Origin: Octopus sinensis
Lineage: Eukaryota
DNA: 64,000 nt
NCBI RefSeq assembly: GCF_006345805.1
Contig: NC_042997.1
Location: 209,684,001 to 209,748,000 of the forward strand
Reading direction: 5' to 3'
Position numbers and translations under genes: made by a program. This document shows positions 37,795 through 50,699 of the stretch, piece by piece. A model generated the notes under the pieces. The model did not search any database, was not told where the DNA came from, and saw only the letters and a list, made by a program, of their open reading frames with translations. Position 1 is the first letter of the stretch, and each line of letters starts with the position of its first letter.

Positions 37795-38733
37795 ATCACA
37801 TTGATGTATTGAAAGTGATTGGCTTCAACAATAAAAACTATACATAGAGAATACCATTAATATTCACAAGGCCAAAAATAGGAAGTAAAATATGATATAG
37901 TATAATCCTGTCTCTGGTTTTAATGCTTGTTCTAATGTTGTTAAGATTTTCTTAAACATTACAAATAAGCATTTCTCCATAGATCATAAGTATCATAAAA
38001 TTTTTAATAGAAATAGCATAACTGAGAGTTAGAGTTGCAGCCAGAATTTCACTGCTTTCATAGCCTGTGTGAACTGAAAAATCTTTCTGCATAAAAACAC
38101 AAAACTTCTTTATGTAATTTCAGAAACCCTGATGGCTGCCCTTTCAGTTATATTTTTAATGCAGTAGTTTATTGAGCTAACGTTTTCCTTGCATATAACA
38201 ATGGAACATAAAAACTATTTAGGGGCTTACTGAAAACCCTTTTAAAAATGACTTGTGCAATATATAGTATGCATTCAAACATTGAGAAAGATACCTCTCC
38301 ATCTAAATATATCTGGATTTTAAAAGGTTAAACAACAAACATAATGTATAACCTTTGAAACTAATTACCTTGATCTTAAAGTTCAAAAAGCTGTAGGCTG
38401 CTACCCCCCCCCCCTCTCATTGGAGAATATCTAGATGTTCTCTTATTTTTAATAAAGATCTGTTGAGTGATTGCTGAAGTTCTTAATCATATGACAAAGG
38501 AAGGGTGGGCACAAAAAGAACCATGTATTCCAGAGGTTATTGCTAAAGTAACTTTCTTGAATATTAGGAAAGAAGTTTTAGTATTTTTGTCATGGTGTGA
38601 TTTGATCCTGACTTTCGAATGAAGCCTTGCAATATTTTCAGTAGATGTCTTAGAGACATTATGGAAGAAATCCAAAACAAACTCAAAACTCTGGCAATCA
38701 TCACATTCTTTCGTCATTGTCATTCTAATCTTT

Positions 38734-38734
<1 letters not shown>

Positions 38735-38784
<50 letters not shown>

Positions 38785-39222
38785 CTGCCTAACTCTCTCT
38801 GTCTCTCTCTTTCTCTCTCTCAGTGTTTCTCCCCTGTTTCTTTATCTACCTAATTCTTACTTTCTGTCTACCTCCCTCCCTCTTCATTTCTTACCCACCT
38901 GATACCCTCCCTCTCTCCTCTCTACCTAATTCTCATGCAACCTTTCTTTTTCCCTCTCTTCCTCCCCTAATTCTCTCTCTCATTCTCATGTTTCTTTCTC
39001 TCTCCACCCAATTCTGATGCCCCCCCTCTCTCTTTTTCATTGTCTCTCTCTCTCTCTACACCTAATTCTCATGCCCCCTCTCTCTCTCTTTTTCATTGTC
39101 TTTCTCTCTCTCTCTCTACCTAATTCTCATGCCCCTCTCTTTCTCTGCTTAATTCTCTTGGCCTCTGTCTCTCTCTCTCTCTTTCATTGTCTTTTCTCAT
39201 TCTCTCTCTCTCTCTCTCTCTC
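38735..39222. repeat. (CT)n tract with repeated CCTAATTCTC units, abutting an acceptor
   Basis: Direct inspection; runs directly into the tgcag at 39225-39229. Confidence 0.85.
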
Positions 39223-39229
39223 TTTGCAG

Positions 39230-39371
39230 TATTCCAAAGACGATGACTTGGTAGATGAAGAAGAAGTCCGCCAGTTATTACAGCAGGGTACCGACACCGA
39301 GATGGAATGTCTGCTGATCGAGTGTGGTTATGATGCTGACAGTGAATTCTCTTTATCTGATGATCTGAAAG
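39230..39371 (+). CDS. LYST: LYST exon (142 nt, phase 0 to 1): YSKDDD...GYDADSEFSLSDDLK
   Basis: tctttgcag acceptor and AAAG|gtacag donor; GYDADSE matches human GYEADSE. Confidence 0.88.
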
Positions 39372-40722
39372 GTACAGTTGTCATAGCAACATAATCACAT
39401 GATGGTTGCTTTAGATCTGTTGTAATGCTTCTTCTAATGACTCCAACAGAATCCGGGGCAGCATTGTTTCTGTTTATATATATATATATATATATAACAT
39501 TAGTGTACATTTAAACACAAAAAGAAGTGACCCTTAACAGGCCACCTTACATGCTAGAAGGAGCAGTCAAAACTTCCAAAAACCACATTTAAGAGCAATT
39601 TCAAAGGGAATGAAAAATAAAAACTTTTACCATGTTTTTTACAGCCAGACCTAGGTTTCAAACTTTAATTAGCAAATAAAATAATTTGCTAGGCAGCGTT
39701 CTCATCAGTGGGTATGCCAAAAAATTAACATATAATTTAGAGACAGAATAACATGTGTCTCATCATTATATATTATAATTTTTCAAATTCACCGCACAAG
39801 CACAGATTTAGTCAGCAGCAAATAAAAAAATACCAACTAACTTCAGAAATTACTAAAATCATATTCTTAAAATAATATAGGCTAGCAAAATTTTAGAAAT
39901 TTTTTACCGGTGGTCCAGTATGTATAAAAAGTCAATAGACATATTTTCCATATAAAATTAGTGTACATTTAAACATGGAAAGAGTGCTTATAAATGTGGT
40001 TTTTGGACGTTTTGACTGCTCTTTCTAGCATGTAAGGCGAACTGTTAAAGGTTAGCTTTTTTTGCATTTAAATGTACACTAATTTTATATAGAAAATATG
40101 TTGTCTATTGACTTTTTACACATGCTAGGCCACTGGTAGAAAAGTTTCTAAAATTTTACTACCTTATATTATTTTAAGAATATATATATAAATATGTATG
40201 TGATTGTTACCTGCGTCGCCTTACTAGCACGTGAAAAAACATTCGAGCGAGGTCGTTGCCAGTGCCACTGGACTGACTCCTGTGCAGGTGGCACATAAAA
40301 AGCACCATTTGGGCGTGGACATTGCCAGTACCACCTGACTGGCCCTCGTGTCAGTGACATGTAAAAGCACCCACTACACTCTTGGAGTGGTTGGCGTTAG
40401 GAAGGGCATCCATTTGTAGAAAATCTGCCAGATCAGATTGGAGCCTGGTGCAGCCATCTGGTTTGCCAGACCTCAGTCAAACCGTCCAACCCATGCCAGC
40501 ATGGAAAGTGGACGTTAAACGATGATGATGATGATGAACTATATGATTAGGGAATCATCTTCACAAGTGTGTTTCCAGGTTCCATCCCATTGTGTGCTGC
40601 TTTGAACAGATGCCTTTTACCAGAGTTTTCAGCTGACCAATATGCTTTGACTTGAATTTGGGAAATGAAAACTGTATGGAATCTCTTATGTATACACACA
40701 CACACACACACGTACGTATGAG

Positions 40723-40942
40723 AGTAATCCCTCGACTATTGTGGGTGTAATGTTCTAAAAACCCACCACAATAGGTGAAAATCTGCGAAGTAGAAACAGT
40801 CCTGTACCATATATTTTAAAATTTATTTTTATAATTTGTATATATTTATTTTATAAATGCAAAAGCACACCACGGAGGAATCAATGTAGGATTAAATGAA
40901 TAAACTGTGATAGGTGAACTGCGATATGGCCAGGGATTACTG
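40723..40942. mobile_element. pogo/Tigger-like MITE
   Basis: Ends (C)AGTAATCCCTCGACTAT / ATATGGCCAGGGATTACTG-TA. Confidence 0.6.
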
Positions 40943-42224
40943 TATATGCAGGCAGATATAGATATAGTCGTGGCTGTGTGGTTAAGAAGTTTGCTTTGCA
41001 GCTAAGTGGTTTTGAGTTCAGGCTCACTATGCAGTACCTTGGGCAAGTGTCTTCTACTATAGCCCTGGGATAACTCAAAATCTCGTGAGTGGATTTAATG
41101 GATAACAACTGAAAGAAACCTGTCATATATATGTACTCAAGAAGACCTGTGCTCCATAGATGTATTAAGTCTGCGTCCCCTGGTGAAGAAGTTTCCTCTG
41201 CAAGAGCCCTGTCTTGCTGCTACGAAAGAAATACTCATGCTGGTGCCAGTGCTATATTAAAAGGCGAGATGGCAGAAACGTTAGCACCCCGGGTGAAATG
41301 CTTAGCAGTATTTCATCTGTCACTACGTTCTGAGTTCAAATTCCGCCGAGGTCGACTTTGCTTTTCATCCTTCTGGGGTCGATTAAATAAGTACCAGTTA
41401 CACACTGGAGTCAATGTAATTGACTTAATCCCTTTGTCTGTCCTTGTTTGTCCCCTCTATGTTTAGCCCCTTGTGGGTAGTAAAGAAATAGGTATATTAA
41501 AAGCATCCAGCAAACACTATAAAGTGGTTGGTGTTAAGAAGGGCGTCCAGCTGTAGAAACCAAACCTCATCAGACTGGAACCTGTGCTGGATTTCACTTG
41601 CCTAACGATGCATATTTACATGATATCGAACCCACAATATCATGATCACGTGCACAACACCATGACCACTGAGCTACAAACCTTCACCATGCAGATACAC
41701 CTGTATATATTCCACCCATCAGCCCACATAAAAATCACTTGCTGGTTTTGCATAATAAAAGCACTGGTGCTGGTACCATGTGCAAAGCATGGGTGTCACG
41801 GGAAAAACAACACTTTGTAAAGTGGTTGGCATTAAGAAGGGCATCTATCTGTAGAAACCATGCCAAAACAACAGACACTGGAACCTGGTGTGGCTCCTTG
41901 CCTTGCCAGCTCCTGTCAAAGTATCCAACCCATGCCAGCATTGAAAACAGATGTTAAATGATGATGATGATGTACCCTGTAAGCATATGTGTATGCATAT
42001 ATGGGTATCACAGTGCTGTATCTCTATGTATCACTGTCCCTATGTCCTATGCCGTAAGTATGTGTGTATGTATCTTGCATATCTACCTATTTGTGTTTTA
42101 TTGCCATACTTTAAATATATCTACCCATGTGTATCAAATGGATGTACCTGTATACATGTTACATGACTGTTTCAAATATGTGTTATCCTAAGATATCTAT
42201 CTCTGTGTGTATATATATCAACAG

Positions 42225-42421
42225 GTAAACCATCTCGGAGCAAGGAATCAGATCTCTACCTCACCCAGATTCATTTTGCTTCCGTCTACCGCCTCATTAT
42301 TGAATTGATGATTCACATGAACAGAGAAGGATATGGCCAAGGAATATTCCACCGCATTCTTTACCAGTTAGTACAGACATGTCGTGAAGATGAGGGTGCC
42401 ATGCAAGCTATGAGTTCTGAG
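42225..42421 (+). CDS. LYST: LYST exon (197 nt, phase 1 to 0): KPSRSKESDLYLTQIHF...AMQAMSSE
   Basis: caacag acceptor and GAG|gtaagg donor; open frame; phase bridges both neighbouring exons. Confidence 0.82.
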
Positions 42422-42571
42422 GTAAGGATGGGTAATCTCCGGAGTATGGGGCATTCGAGGATGGCTAGTAAGGGTCTGAACAATAAAGAGAGGGTGCGTG
42501 TGTGAATCGAGGTTTAATCTATTCCTGCTAAAATAGGACTACGACTTGACAGGGTCAATGGCGAGGTAGTA

Positions 42572-42897
42572 GGTGCACTCCGTCGGTTACGATGACGAGG
42601 GTCCCAGCTGATACAATCAACGGAACAGCTTGCTCATGAAATTAACGTGCAAGTGGTTGAGCACTCCACAGACACATTTACCCCTAACGTAGTTCTTAGG
42701 GAGATTCATCGTGACACAGAGTGTGACAAGGCTGGCCCTTTGAAATACAGGTACAACTCATTTTTGCCAGCTGAGTGGACTGGAGCAAACGTGAAATAAA
42801 ACGTCTTGCTCAAGGACACAACGCGACGCCGTGAATCGAACTCACAACCTTACAATCGTGAGCCGAATGCCCTAACCACTAAGCCACGCGCCTTCAC
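42572..42897 (-). mobile_element. tRNA-derived SINE (different head, tail type 2)
   Basis: Tail is the reverse complement of the 37620-37790 tail, while the head differs; TSD GGCGAGGTAGTA at 42560-42571 and 42898-42909. Confidence 0.85.
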
Positions 42898-44188
42898 GGC
42901 GAGGTAGTAATAGGAGAGTAAATGTAGATATTGAGAACTATCACGGATCAATTTAGCCATGTCAGGTAATCACTCTCAAGGGAGATAACTCTCAAGTGTT
43001 AAAACTGATTCTTCACAACTACGTGACGTCATGCCTTTTGGGTCGGGCAAAGCTATTGAAGTACCCTTAATATTTAACTGGTATATATTTTAGTGACCCC
43101 AGAAAAACAAAAGACAAAGTAGATTGAGCTCAGTGAGATTTGAACTTGGAATAAAAAAAGGATGCGACTGAATATCACACGTTGCATTGATTGTGTATTT
43201 ATATAGTGGGAAGCATGGATGGTGAGCATATAATAATACCTTGAATTATCCAGCCACACCTGGGAGCTGTGTGTGTTTGTGGGGTGTAGTACCTTCGTTA
43301 ACACACATCCGCCTGGGTAAGCATTGACCATTCAACATGGTTTCTATGGCTGGATGCCCTTCCGAATGCCAACCATTTTACAGTGTGTATTGAGTGCTTT
43401 TTTTGGTGCCACTGGCACTATTTAGGATGCTATGCGGCTCCCAAGGAGGGAGATGGGAATGTGCCCTTATGTTAGACAGGGGTGAAGGTATGAAGAAAGA
43501 GGTTGAACAGGTTGTTGCAGCGGAGCTACGTGGCTACCCACATTTAGGAGAGAGAGTGAGAATGAATCAGTAACACCACCAAAGACATAAATAGTGGTAA
43601 TAAGGGTGTCTGGGTGGTACCTCAAGGTACTGGGTGAGTAGTAATGAATGGAAACTCTGTGTGTGTGTGTGTGTGTGTGTATAATTTAATAAACATTTTG
43701 TAGCATCAGAGCATGAAACTTATTGTAGCTCACATTTAATTCTGTCTTTATTAAATATTTCTCTCTCACTGAATGGTGTATGTTTCTTGTTGATCTTCCC
43801 AATAACAAACCAACACACACACACACACACACACACATTATATATATATATTGTATATGTGTGTTTGTGTCTCCTTTATTTTGACTTTGTGTGAGTATTG
43901 TAAATGATTGTCTCTGTCATGAATTTCCATGTCTGACTTTGAAATGTTTTCTTGTTTGGAAGCAAGCGAAGTTTGGCAACAGGAAAGGCATCCAGCCATC
44001 AAAAGTCTCCTTCAATATATCTACTTGAATGCCTCCGTTTCCCTATGCTTGCATACACACACACACCCTTACAAATGTATGAGAGAGAGACACGGAGAGA
44101 GAAGGCATTGATATAAATTTGATTTTTATTACAATCCATTCTGTTGCAAGAATCTGTATTAAATAAAATCGCATTGTTGCATGGGCAG

Positions 44189-44255
44189 GGTATTGCTGGA
44201 CTTATACTCAATGGGATGAAAGAAGATCTCCTAGGAAAGACCTCCATAAATAAAG
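44189..44255 (+). CDS. LYST: LYST exon (67 nt, phase 0 to 1): GIAGLILNGMKEDLLGKTSINK
   Basis: gggcag acceptor (weak tract) and AAAG|gtaatt donor. This is the only nearby AG that gives the required phase. Confidence 0.75.
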
Positions 44256-44335
44256 GTAATTCAATATTTTCTTTTGCTTTTTTATAGTTTTGTAACATTT
44301 GACTTGTTTAATTTGTGTAATGTCGGTGGTCATTC

Positions 44336-44757
44336 ATGGCAGTGTACGAATGCCCTGAGAGAAAAGTTGGACATAAAAAGCATCAGATGTGGTGTGCAAG
44401 AGAGACGACTGTGCTGGTATGGTCATGTGTTACGTATGGATGAGGACAGCTGTGTGAGGAAGTGCCACACCCTAACTGTGGAAGGAACCTCTGGAAGTGA
44501 TAGACCCAGGAAGACATGGGATGAGGTGGTGAAACATGACCTTCAAATATAGGGCCTCACAGAGGCAATGACAGGAGACTGAGACCTTTGGAGATACGCT
44601 GTGATTGAGAAGACCCGACAATGAAAGTGTGATCGCAGCCATGGCCGATGCCAGTGTTGCATGTCTGGTCCATTTAAGAGAACCCTTGATGCAGCCCTCA
44701 ATCAAACCGTCCAACCCATGCCAGCATGTAAAGTGGACATTAAACGGTGATGGTGAT
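44336..44757 (+). mobile_element. RTE-clade LINE 3' end (ORF C-terminus plus 3' tail)
   Basis: Translates as LREKLDIKSIRCGVQERRLCWYGHVLRMDEDSCVRK...RPRKTWDEVVKHDL, a typical RTE ORF C-terminus, and runs into the tail that ends AAACG(ATG)n. Confidence 0.85.
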
Positions 44758-44914
44758 GATTGTTTTGAATTAATCATGTATTATCTCATAACTTCAAGCT
44801 TTCAATGATGTGATTGTCTATTTTTAGAATGACATTGCAAGGTAGGTGTGACAGGCCTGATCTGGTCAGTCTGAACATAAAACAGGTAGAATATTTAGGC
44901 TTGATGTGGCCATT

Positions 44915-45143
44915 TTAACCCTTTAGCATTTAAACCGGCCAAATCCGGCCAAAAGTATTCTGCCTGTTTTATGTTCAAACTGGCCAGATCTGGTCTCTCA
45001 CACCAACCCTACAATATCGTTTTAAAAATTAACAGCTACCTCATAAAAATCTCATAGCTACAAGATAATGCCTGATTAGTTCAAAACAACGTGGATAAAA
45101 AAGAATTAGTTTTGGCAGAATAATGCAAACACTAAAGGGTTAA
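44915..45143. mobile_element. piggyBac-like MITE, second family
   Basis: TTAACCCTTTAG...CTAAAGGGTTAA. A reverse copy at 32768 to about 33400 is split by an RTE-tail insertion. Confidence 0.82.
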
Positions 45144-45227
45144 ACGCTAACGGCTGTGTGTGTAGCCGTGTGTAGACATTGTTTGATAATCACTGCATTA
45201 AGTGTAAATGTTGTTCTTCTGTTCCAG

Positions 45228-45337
45228 AAACCCAGATCTTGCTGTTCACATACATCCAACAGTTAGCACAGAACCAGATAACTGCTGCTGAACTGAAGCT
45301 GCTTCTACGTCTGTTCATGGAAGATGGCTCTCCCTAT
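45228..45337 (+). CDS. LYST: LYST exon (110 nt, phase 1 to 0): ETQILLFTYIQQLAQNQITAAELKLLLRLFMEDGSPY
   Basis: gttccag acceptor and TAT|gtaagt donor; resembles human SEELTLLLRIFLEKSP. Confidence 0.92.
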
Positions 45338-46113
45338 GTAAGTTACACCATCCACATTCTTCACATTTGTAATCTTCATGGGTTTTTTTTATTATTATTT
45401 TTTTTTGTATCACACGAGTGTCTGTGGCAGTTGTGTAATGGCACCCTTCTGTCTGTCTGTTCTGTCAGTCTTATTGTATTCTCTGCCCATTGTAATTCTA
45501 TCCATCTCTCTTTTCTCATTTATTTCTGCATTATATATATTTCTTTTTTTGCCAACAAGGGGCTAAACACAGAGGGGACAAACAAAGACAGACAAAAGGA
45601 TTAAGTCGATTACATCGACCCCAGTGCGTAACTGGTACTTTATTTATCGACCCCGAAAGGATGAAAGGCAAAGTCAACCTCGGCGGAATTTGAACTCAGA
45701 ACATAACAGCAGACGAAATACATGTAATTCATCCTGCACTTTGAGTGGAGATGATGAAGTAGATAAGATGTCTGTCACTGGCATTTCATCATCATCTTCA
45801 TCATCATTTAATGTCTGTCTTCCATACTGGCATTGGTTGATTGTAGGAGCTGGTAGGACTGCACCAAGCTCCACTGTCTGCTTTGGCATGGTTTTTTTAC
45901 AGCTGGATGCCCTTCCTAATGTCAACCACTTCACAGGGAGTACTGGATACCTTTTTTTATTCATAATTCATGAGACACGATCCCTACGACTATGTGGGAG
46001 ATCAGTATTGAAGGAGGGGCATTGCGTCAGGTGTTGAGAGGCTAAAGTATGATAGAAGGATAGGAACAGATAGAAAAAGATAAAGGATGGTGGAGACAAG
46101 GTCTCTTGTACCT

Positions 46114-46804
46114 TTATCCCTTTCGTTACCAACCCGGCTGAAACCGGCAATGGTTCTGAGTACAAATGTCCTGTTTTCATAAGTTTTGAATTAAAATCTT
46201 CCACCAAACCTAAGTCACAATTTGTGTTCCTAACACCAGCTTAATGATAACTAAGTTATTTTACTAAATTCTTTGTTATATCTAAAATAATTGAGAGAAA
46301 CACAGAGCATTTCAACAGACAAAAGGATTAATAAATGATTAATTTAACCCTTTCGTTACCAGCCCGGCTAAAACCAGCTCTGGCTCTATAGCACAGATGT
46401 CTTGTTTTCATAAATTTTCAATTATGAAACCTTAGTCACAATTTATGTTCCTAACTCTAACTTAATGATAACTGAGTTATTTTACTAAATTCTTTGTTAT
46501 ATTTAAAATTAATTGAAAGAAATACAGAGCATCTCAACAGAAATATGGTGACAAAAAAGTTAACAAATGATTAATTTAACCCTTTCGATACCAACCTGGC
46601 TAAAACCACCTCTGGCTCTGAGTACAAATGTCTTGTCTTCAAAAGTTCTCAATTAAAATCTTCCACCAAACCTTAGTCACAATTTATGTTCCTGACACTA
46701 GCTTAATGATAACCAAGTTATTTTACTAAATTCTTTGTTATATTTAAAATTAATTGAAAGAAACACACAGCATCTCAACAGAAATATGGTAATAGAAGGG
46801 TTAA
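46114..46804. mobile_element. Three tandem copies of a piggyBac-like MITE of about 230 bp
   Basis: Units start at 46114, 46344 and 46576 with TTAACCCTTTCG..; the last ends AAGGGTTAA. A single reverse copy lies at 7736-7962, inside a SINE A. Confidence 0.82.
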
Positions 46805-49134
46805 GGTACCAGAAGGTGGATGTAAGAGAGAATATAGTGGATAGGTTTAAGACAGTGTGAGAGAAAAGTGACAGACAGTTGGAGATGGAGATAGAGGTGA
46901 ATGCAGTGAATGGTGAACTGGGGTGGAAATATGGTCAATGGTGAATTGCCAGTTGGGTTGGGTGAGGCATAAAAGAAAACGTGAGTGAGGGAGGATGAGG
47001 TGAATGTCACAATTCACAAAATGGATGGGGAGGAGAAAGCAACAGTGTAATAAAACTGGAGATAAATAAGAAATAAGATGACATGAAGTGTTGGCTAGAG
47101 AGAAGATGCAGAGTGATAGAGATGGAGATGAGAGGCATGTAGGGGTGGATGTAGTGATCAACAACAAAAACAAAATAGGGTAGAGGTGGTGGCTGTGAAT
47201 GGTAGATATAAGAATGTATTCAGAGGAAAAGGGGAATTTACTGGAAAAAAAAGTGCTGAGGGATGATGTTGAGAATGCAGGAGAGGTGATGAAGGAAGTG
47301 GTTCCAAAGAGAGGGATAATTTGTAGCACCAAAACAGTGGTGGAATATGTGCAGTTCTGCTCTCGTTAGTCTTTTAGTCAGCATGAATCCCTTATTCTAT
47401 TTTCTTCCACTCCTCATGTTCTTGGGAAAGGTATGAATGTCACAACATCTCAGTGAGTGCAGGCATAGCCATGGTGTTAAGAAGTTCACTTTTAAATGAA
47501 GTTGTTCTATGTTCAACCCATCTCTGCTGTACCTTGGGCAAGTTCTTCTACTTCAGCCTTGGGTTAATCAAAGCTTTTTAGCTTTCTCAGTGAGACTGGG
47601 CTAACAGAAACTACGCAGGAGTCCCTCAGCTGGACAACACTTGTTTTAGTGTGGTAGACTTCATCTCTCGTTTGGTTTTGCACCACCACCTTTGAGTGTC
47701 ATTTGACTGCAGCCATGCTGGAACACCACCTTTAGTCAAACAAATCGACCCCAGCACTGATTCTTTGTAAGCCTAGTACTTATTCTATCGGTCTCTTTTG
47801 CCAAACCGCTAAGTTACTGGGAGGTAAACACACCATCATCAGTTGTTAAGCAATGGTGGGCAGGCAAACACAGACACACAAATACATACATACAATGGGC
47901 TTCTTTCAGTATCTGTCTACCAAATCCACTCACAAGGCTTTGGTTGGCCCGAGGCTGTAGTAGAAGACACTTGCCCCTAAAGTGCCACACAGTGGGACTG
48001 AACCCGGAACCATGTGGTTGGGAAGTAAGCTTCTCACCACACAGCCACTCCTCTGTGTGTATATCATGATGGCATCATTACGACTCTTGAGGTCCCAAAC
48101 AAAGAATTTAAAGAATTGGAAATAATGCAGTTAAGCATTTCATCCAAAGCAGTAATGGTTCTGCCATCTTTCTGCATTTAATAGTTTCAAATTTTGGCGC
48201 AAGGCCTACATTTTTAGGGAGGGAATTAATTGATTACAGCGTTTTGTCTGGTATGCTGATGCTTTTGCCAGCTTTCTGCCTTAATCATCATCATCATTGT
48301 CATCATCATCATCATCATTGTCATTGTCGTTTAACATCGGCTTTCTATGCTGGTATGGGTTGGATATTTTGATTGAGAGTTGGTGGGCCGGGTGGCTGCA
48401 CCAGGCCCCAATCTGATCTGGCAAGGTTTCTACAGCTTGATGCCCTTCCTAACGCCAACCATTCTGAAAATATAGTGGGTGCTTTTTACGTGTCACTGGC
48501 ATCAACCAGGCTCGAATGGTGCTCTTTGTGTGCCACCAGCACAGGTGCCTGTCAGGCGACACTGGCATTGGCCACACTCGAATGGTGCTCTTTACATGCC
48601 ACCGGCACAAGTGCCAGTCAGGTGCCACTGGCATTGGCCACAGCCATGATTTCACTCAGTTCAACAGGTCTTAGCAACAATAAACAACAACAACAGCAAT
48701 AATGGATTCAAGTTTTGACACAAGGCCATCAATTTCCTGGGAGTGAGGGTTGTCAGTTGCATTGGCCCCAGTTTTAACTTGTACTTATTTTGTTGACCCT
48801 GAGACAATGAAAGGCAAAATCAACCTCAGCAGAATTTGAGCTCAGAGTGCCCCCAGATTAGCCCCTATACTGGAGGTATGTAAAAAGCACCCACTACACC
48901 ATTGGAGTGATTGGCGTTAGGAAGGGTATCCAGCTGTAGAAACATTGGCAGATCAGACTGGGCCTGGTGCAGCCATCTGGTTCGCCAGTCCCCTGTCAAA
49001 CCACCCGACCCATGCCAGCATAGTAAGCAGACACTAAACAACGACGATGTTGATGATGATGAATGTAAAGATGAACAAAATGCCACTAAGCATTTTGCCT
49101 GGCATACTTACGACTCTGCCAGATTCACACCTTA

Positions 49135-49176
<42 letters not shown>

Positions 49177-49400
49177 CCTTGCTACTAAAGGCACAAGGCC
49201 TGAAATTTACTGGGAGGGGACTAGTTTATTACAGTGACCCCAGTGTTCACTGGTACTTAATTTATCGACCCTGAAAGGATGAATGGTAAAGTTGACCTCG
49301 GTGGAATTTGAACTCAGAACGTAGCAATGGGTGAAATACCGCTAAGCATTTTGTTCAACCTGCTAATGATTCTGCCATCTCGACACCTAACAATAATAAA

Positions 49401-49434
<34 letters not shown>

Positions 49435-49517
49435 GTAATAATAATAATGATAATAATAAAAATGATGATGATGATTTAAAAATGCTAATTAATGGTCTGT
49501 AATTGTCTCTTTGTCAG

Positions 49518-49686
49518 GATTTACTGCTGTCCACCCTAACAGGGATTGTTGAAAACTATAGAGTGTCACCAACTCATTATGTCCAGTTCCCGGTAACGAG
49601 ACAGGATTCAAGCAACTCTAATTACAACGGCAGCAGCAGCATCAACAGCAGCAGCAAACACAAGATGGAGTCTGGCTGTGATAATG
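49518..49686 (+). CDS. LYST: LYST exon (169 nt, phase 0 to 1): DLLLSTLTGIVENYRVSPTHYVQFP...GCDN
   Basis: ttgtcag acceptor and AATG|gtattt donor followed by a T-rich intron; SPTHYVQFP resembles human SPSQYLTFP. Confidence 0.87.
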
Positions 49687-50699
49687 GTATTTTATCTCTT
49701 TTTTTTTTCATTTTTTCATTATTTATTTTGTTAATTTATTTTTGTGTCTTCTTCACTTTTCCTCACAAAAACAATATTTCGAGAAGTCATGAAGGCAATA
49801 TTTAGGTGGCATTTTCTCCAGTGTGAAAGCAATTGGCCTGGTGGTTAGGGTGTTGCACTCCTGATTGCTAGACCATGGGTTCAATTCCTGGACCGGATGG
49901 TGCATTGTGTTCTTGAGCAAAACCCTTCATGTCACGTTGCTCCAGTCCATTCAGCTGTAAATGGATAACCACCCTGCGATGGAAAACTCTTCTAATCATG
50001 GGGAATGTTGGCCACCCCACCTTGCCAGTGGAGTGGCGTCATTCAAGAGCTAAAACGGTGTGAAGCACATTGTGCCCATACATGAGTCGGTCATTGCTTG
50101 TGCTGCCTGACTGGCTCCCCGTGCTGGTGGCATGTAAAAAGCACGATCTGAACGTGGTCGATGCCAGCTTGACTGGCTCCCGTGCCAGTGGTACATAAAA
50201 AACACCACCAAACATGGTCAGTACCAGACCCCCTCGCCTAGACTGGCTCCTGTTGCCAGTGGAATGTAAAAAGCACCATCCAAGCGTAACTGATGCTAGC
50301 TTGACTGGCTCCCATGCCACTAGCACGTAAAAAGCATCATCTGAATATGGTCAATGCCATCCCCCTTGCCCTGTCTGGCTCCTGTGCCAGTAGCATGTAA
50401 AAAGCACCCACTACACTCTCGGAGTGGTTGGCGTTAGGAAGGGCATCCAGCAGTAGAAACACTGCCAGATCAGACTGGAACCTGGTGCAGCCTCCTGGCT
50501 TGCCAGCCCCCAGTCAAACCGTCCAACCCATGCCAGCATAGAAAACGGACGTTAAACGACGATGATGTATAACAACATCATAATAGTATGGCCAATACCA
50601 TAACTTTCTCCAGTAATAGTTGTTGTAATGTTTCCCAATAGGGTATGTAGCTTGGAGATGAAGGATGCTCTCCCGGTTGAGCTGCTATTTTTCTGCATT

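Noticed and set aside
49586-49597. Strong-looking internal donor CCG|gtaacg
   Set aside because: It is phase 0, whereas the next exon needs phase 1; the downstream donor at 49686 keeps the frame.
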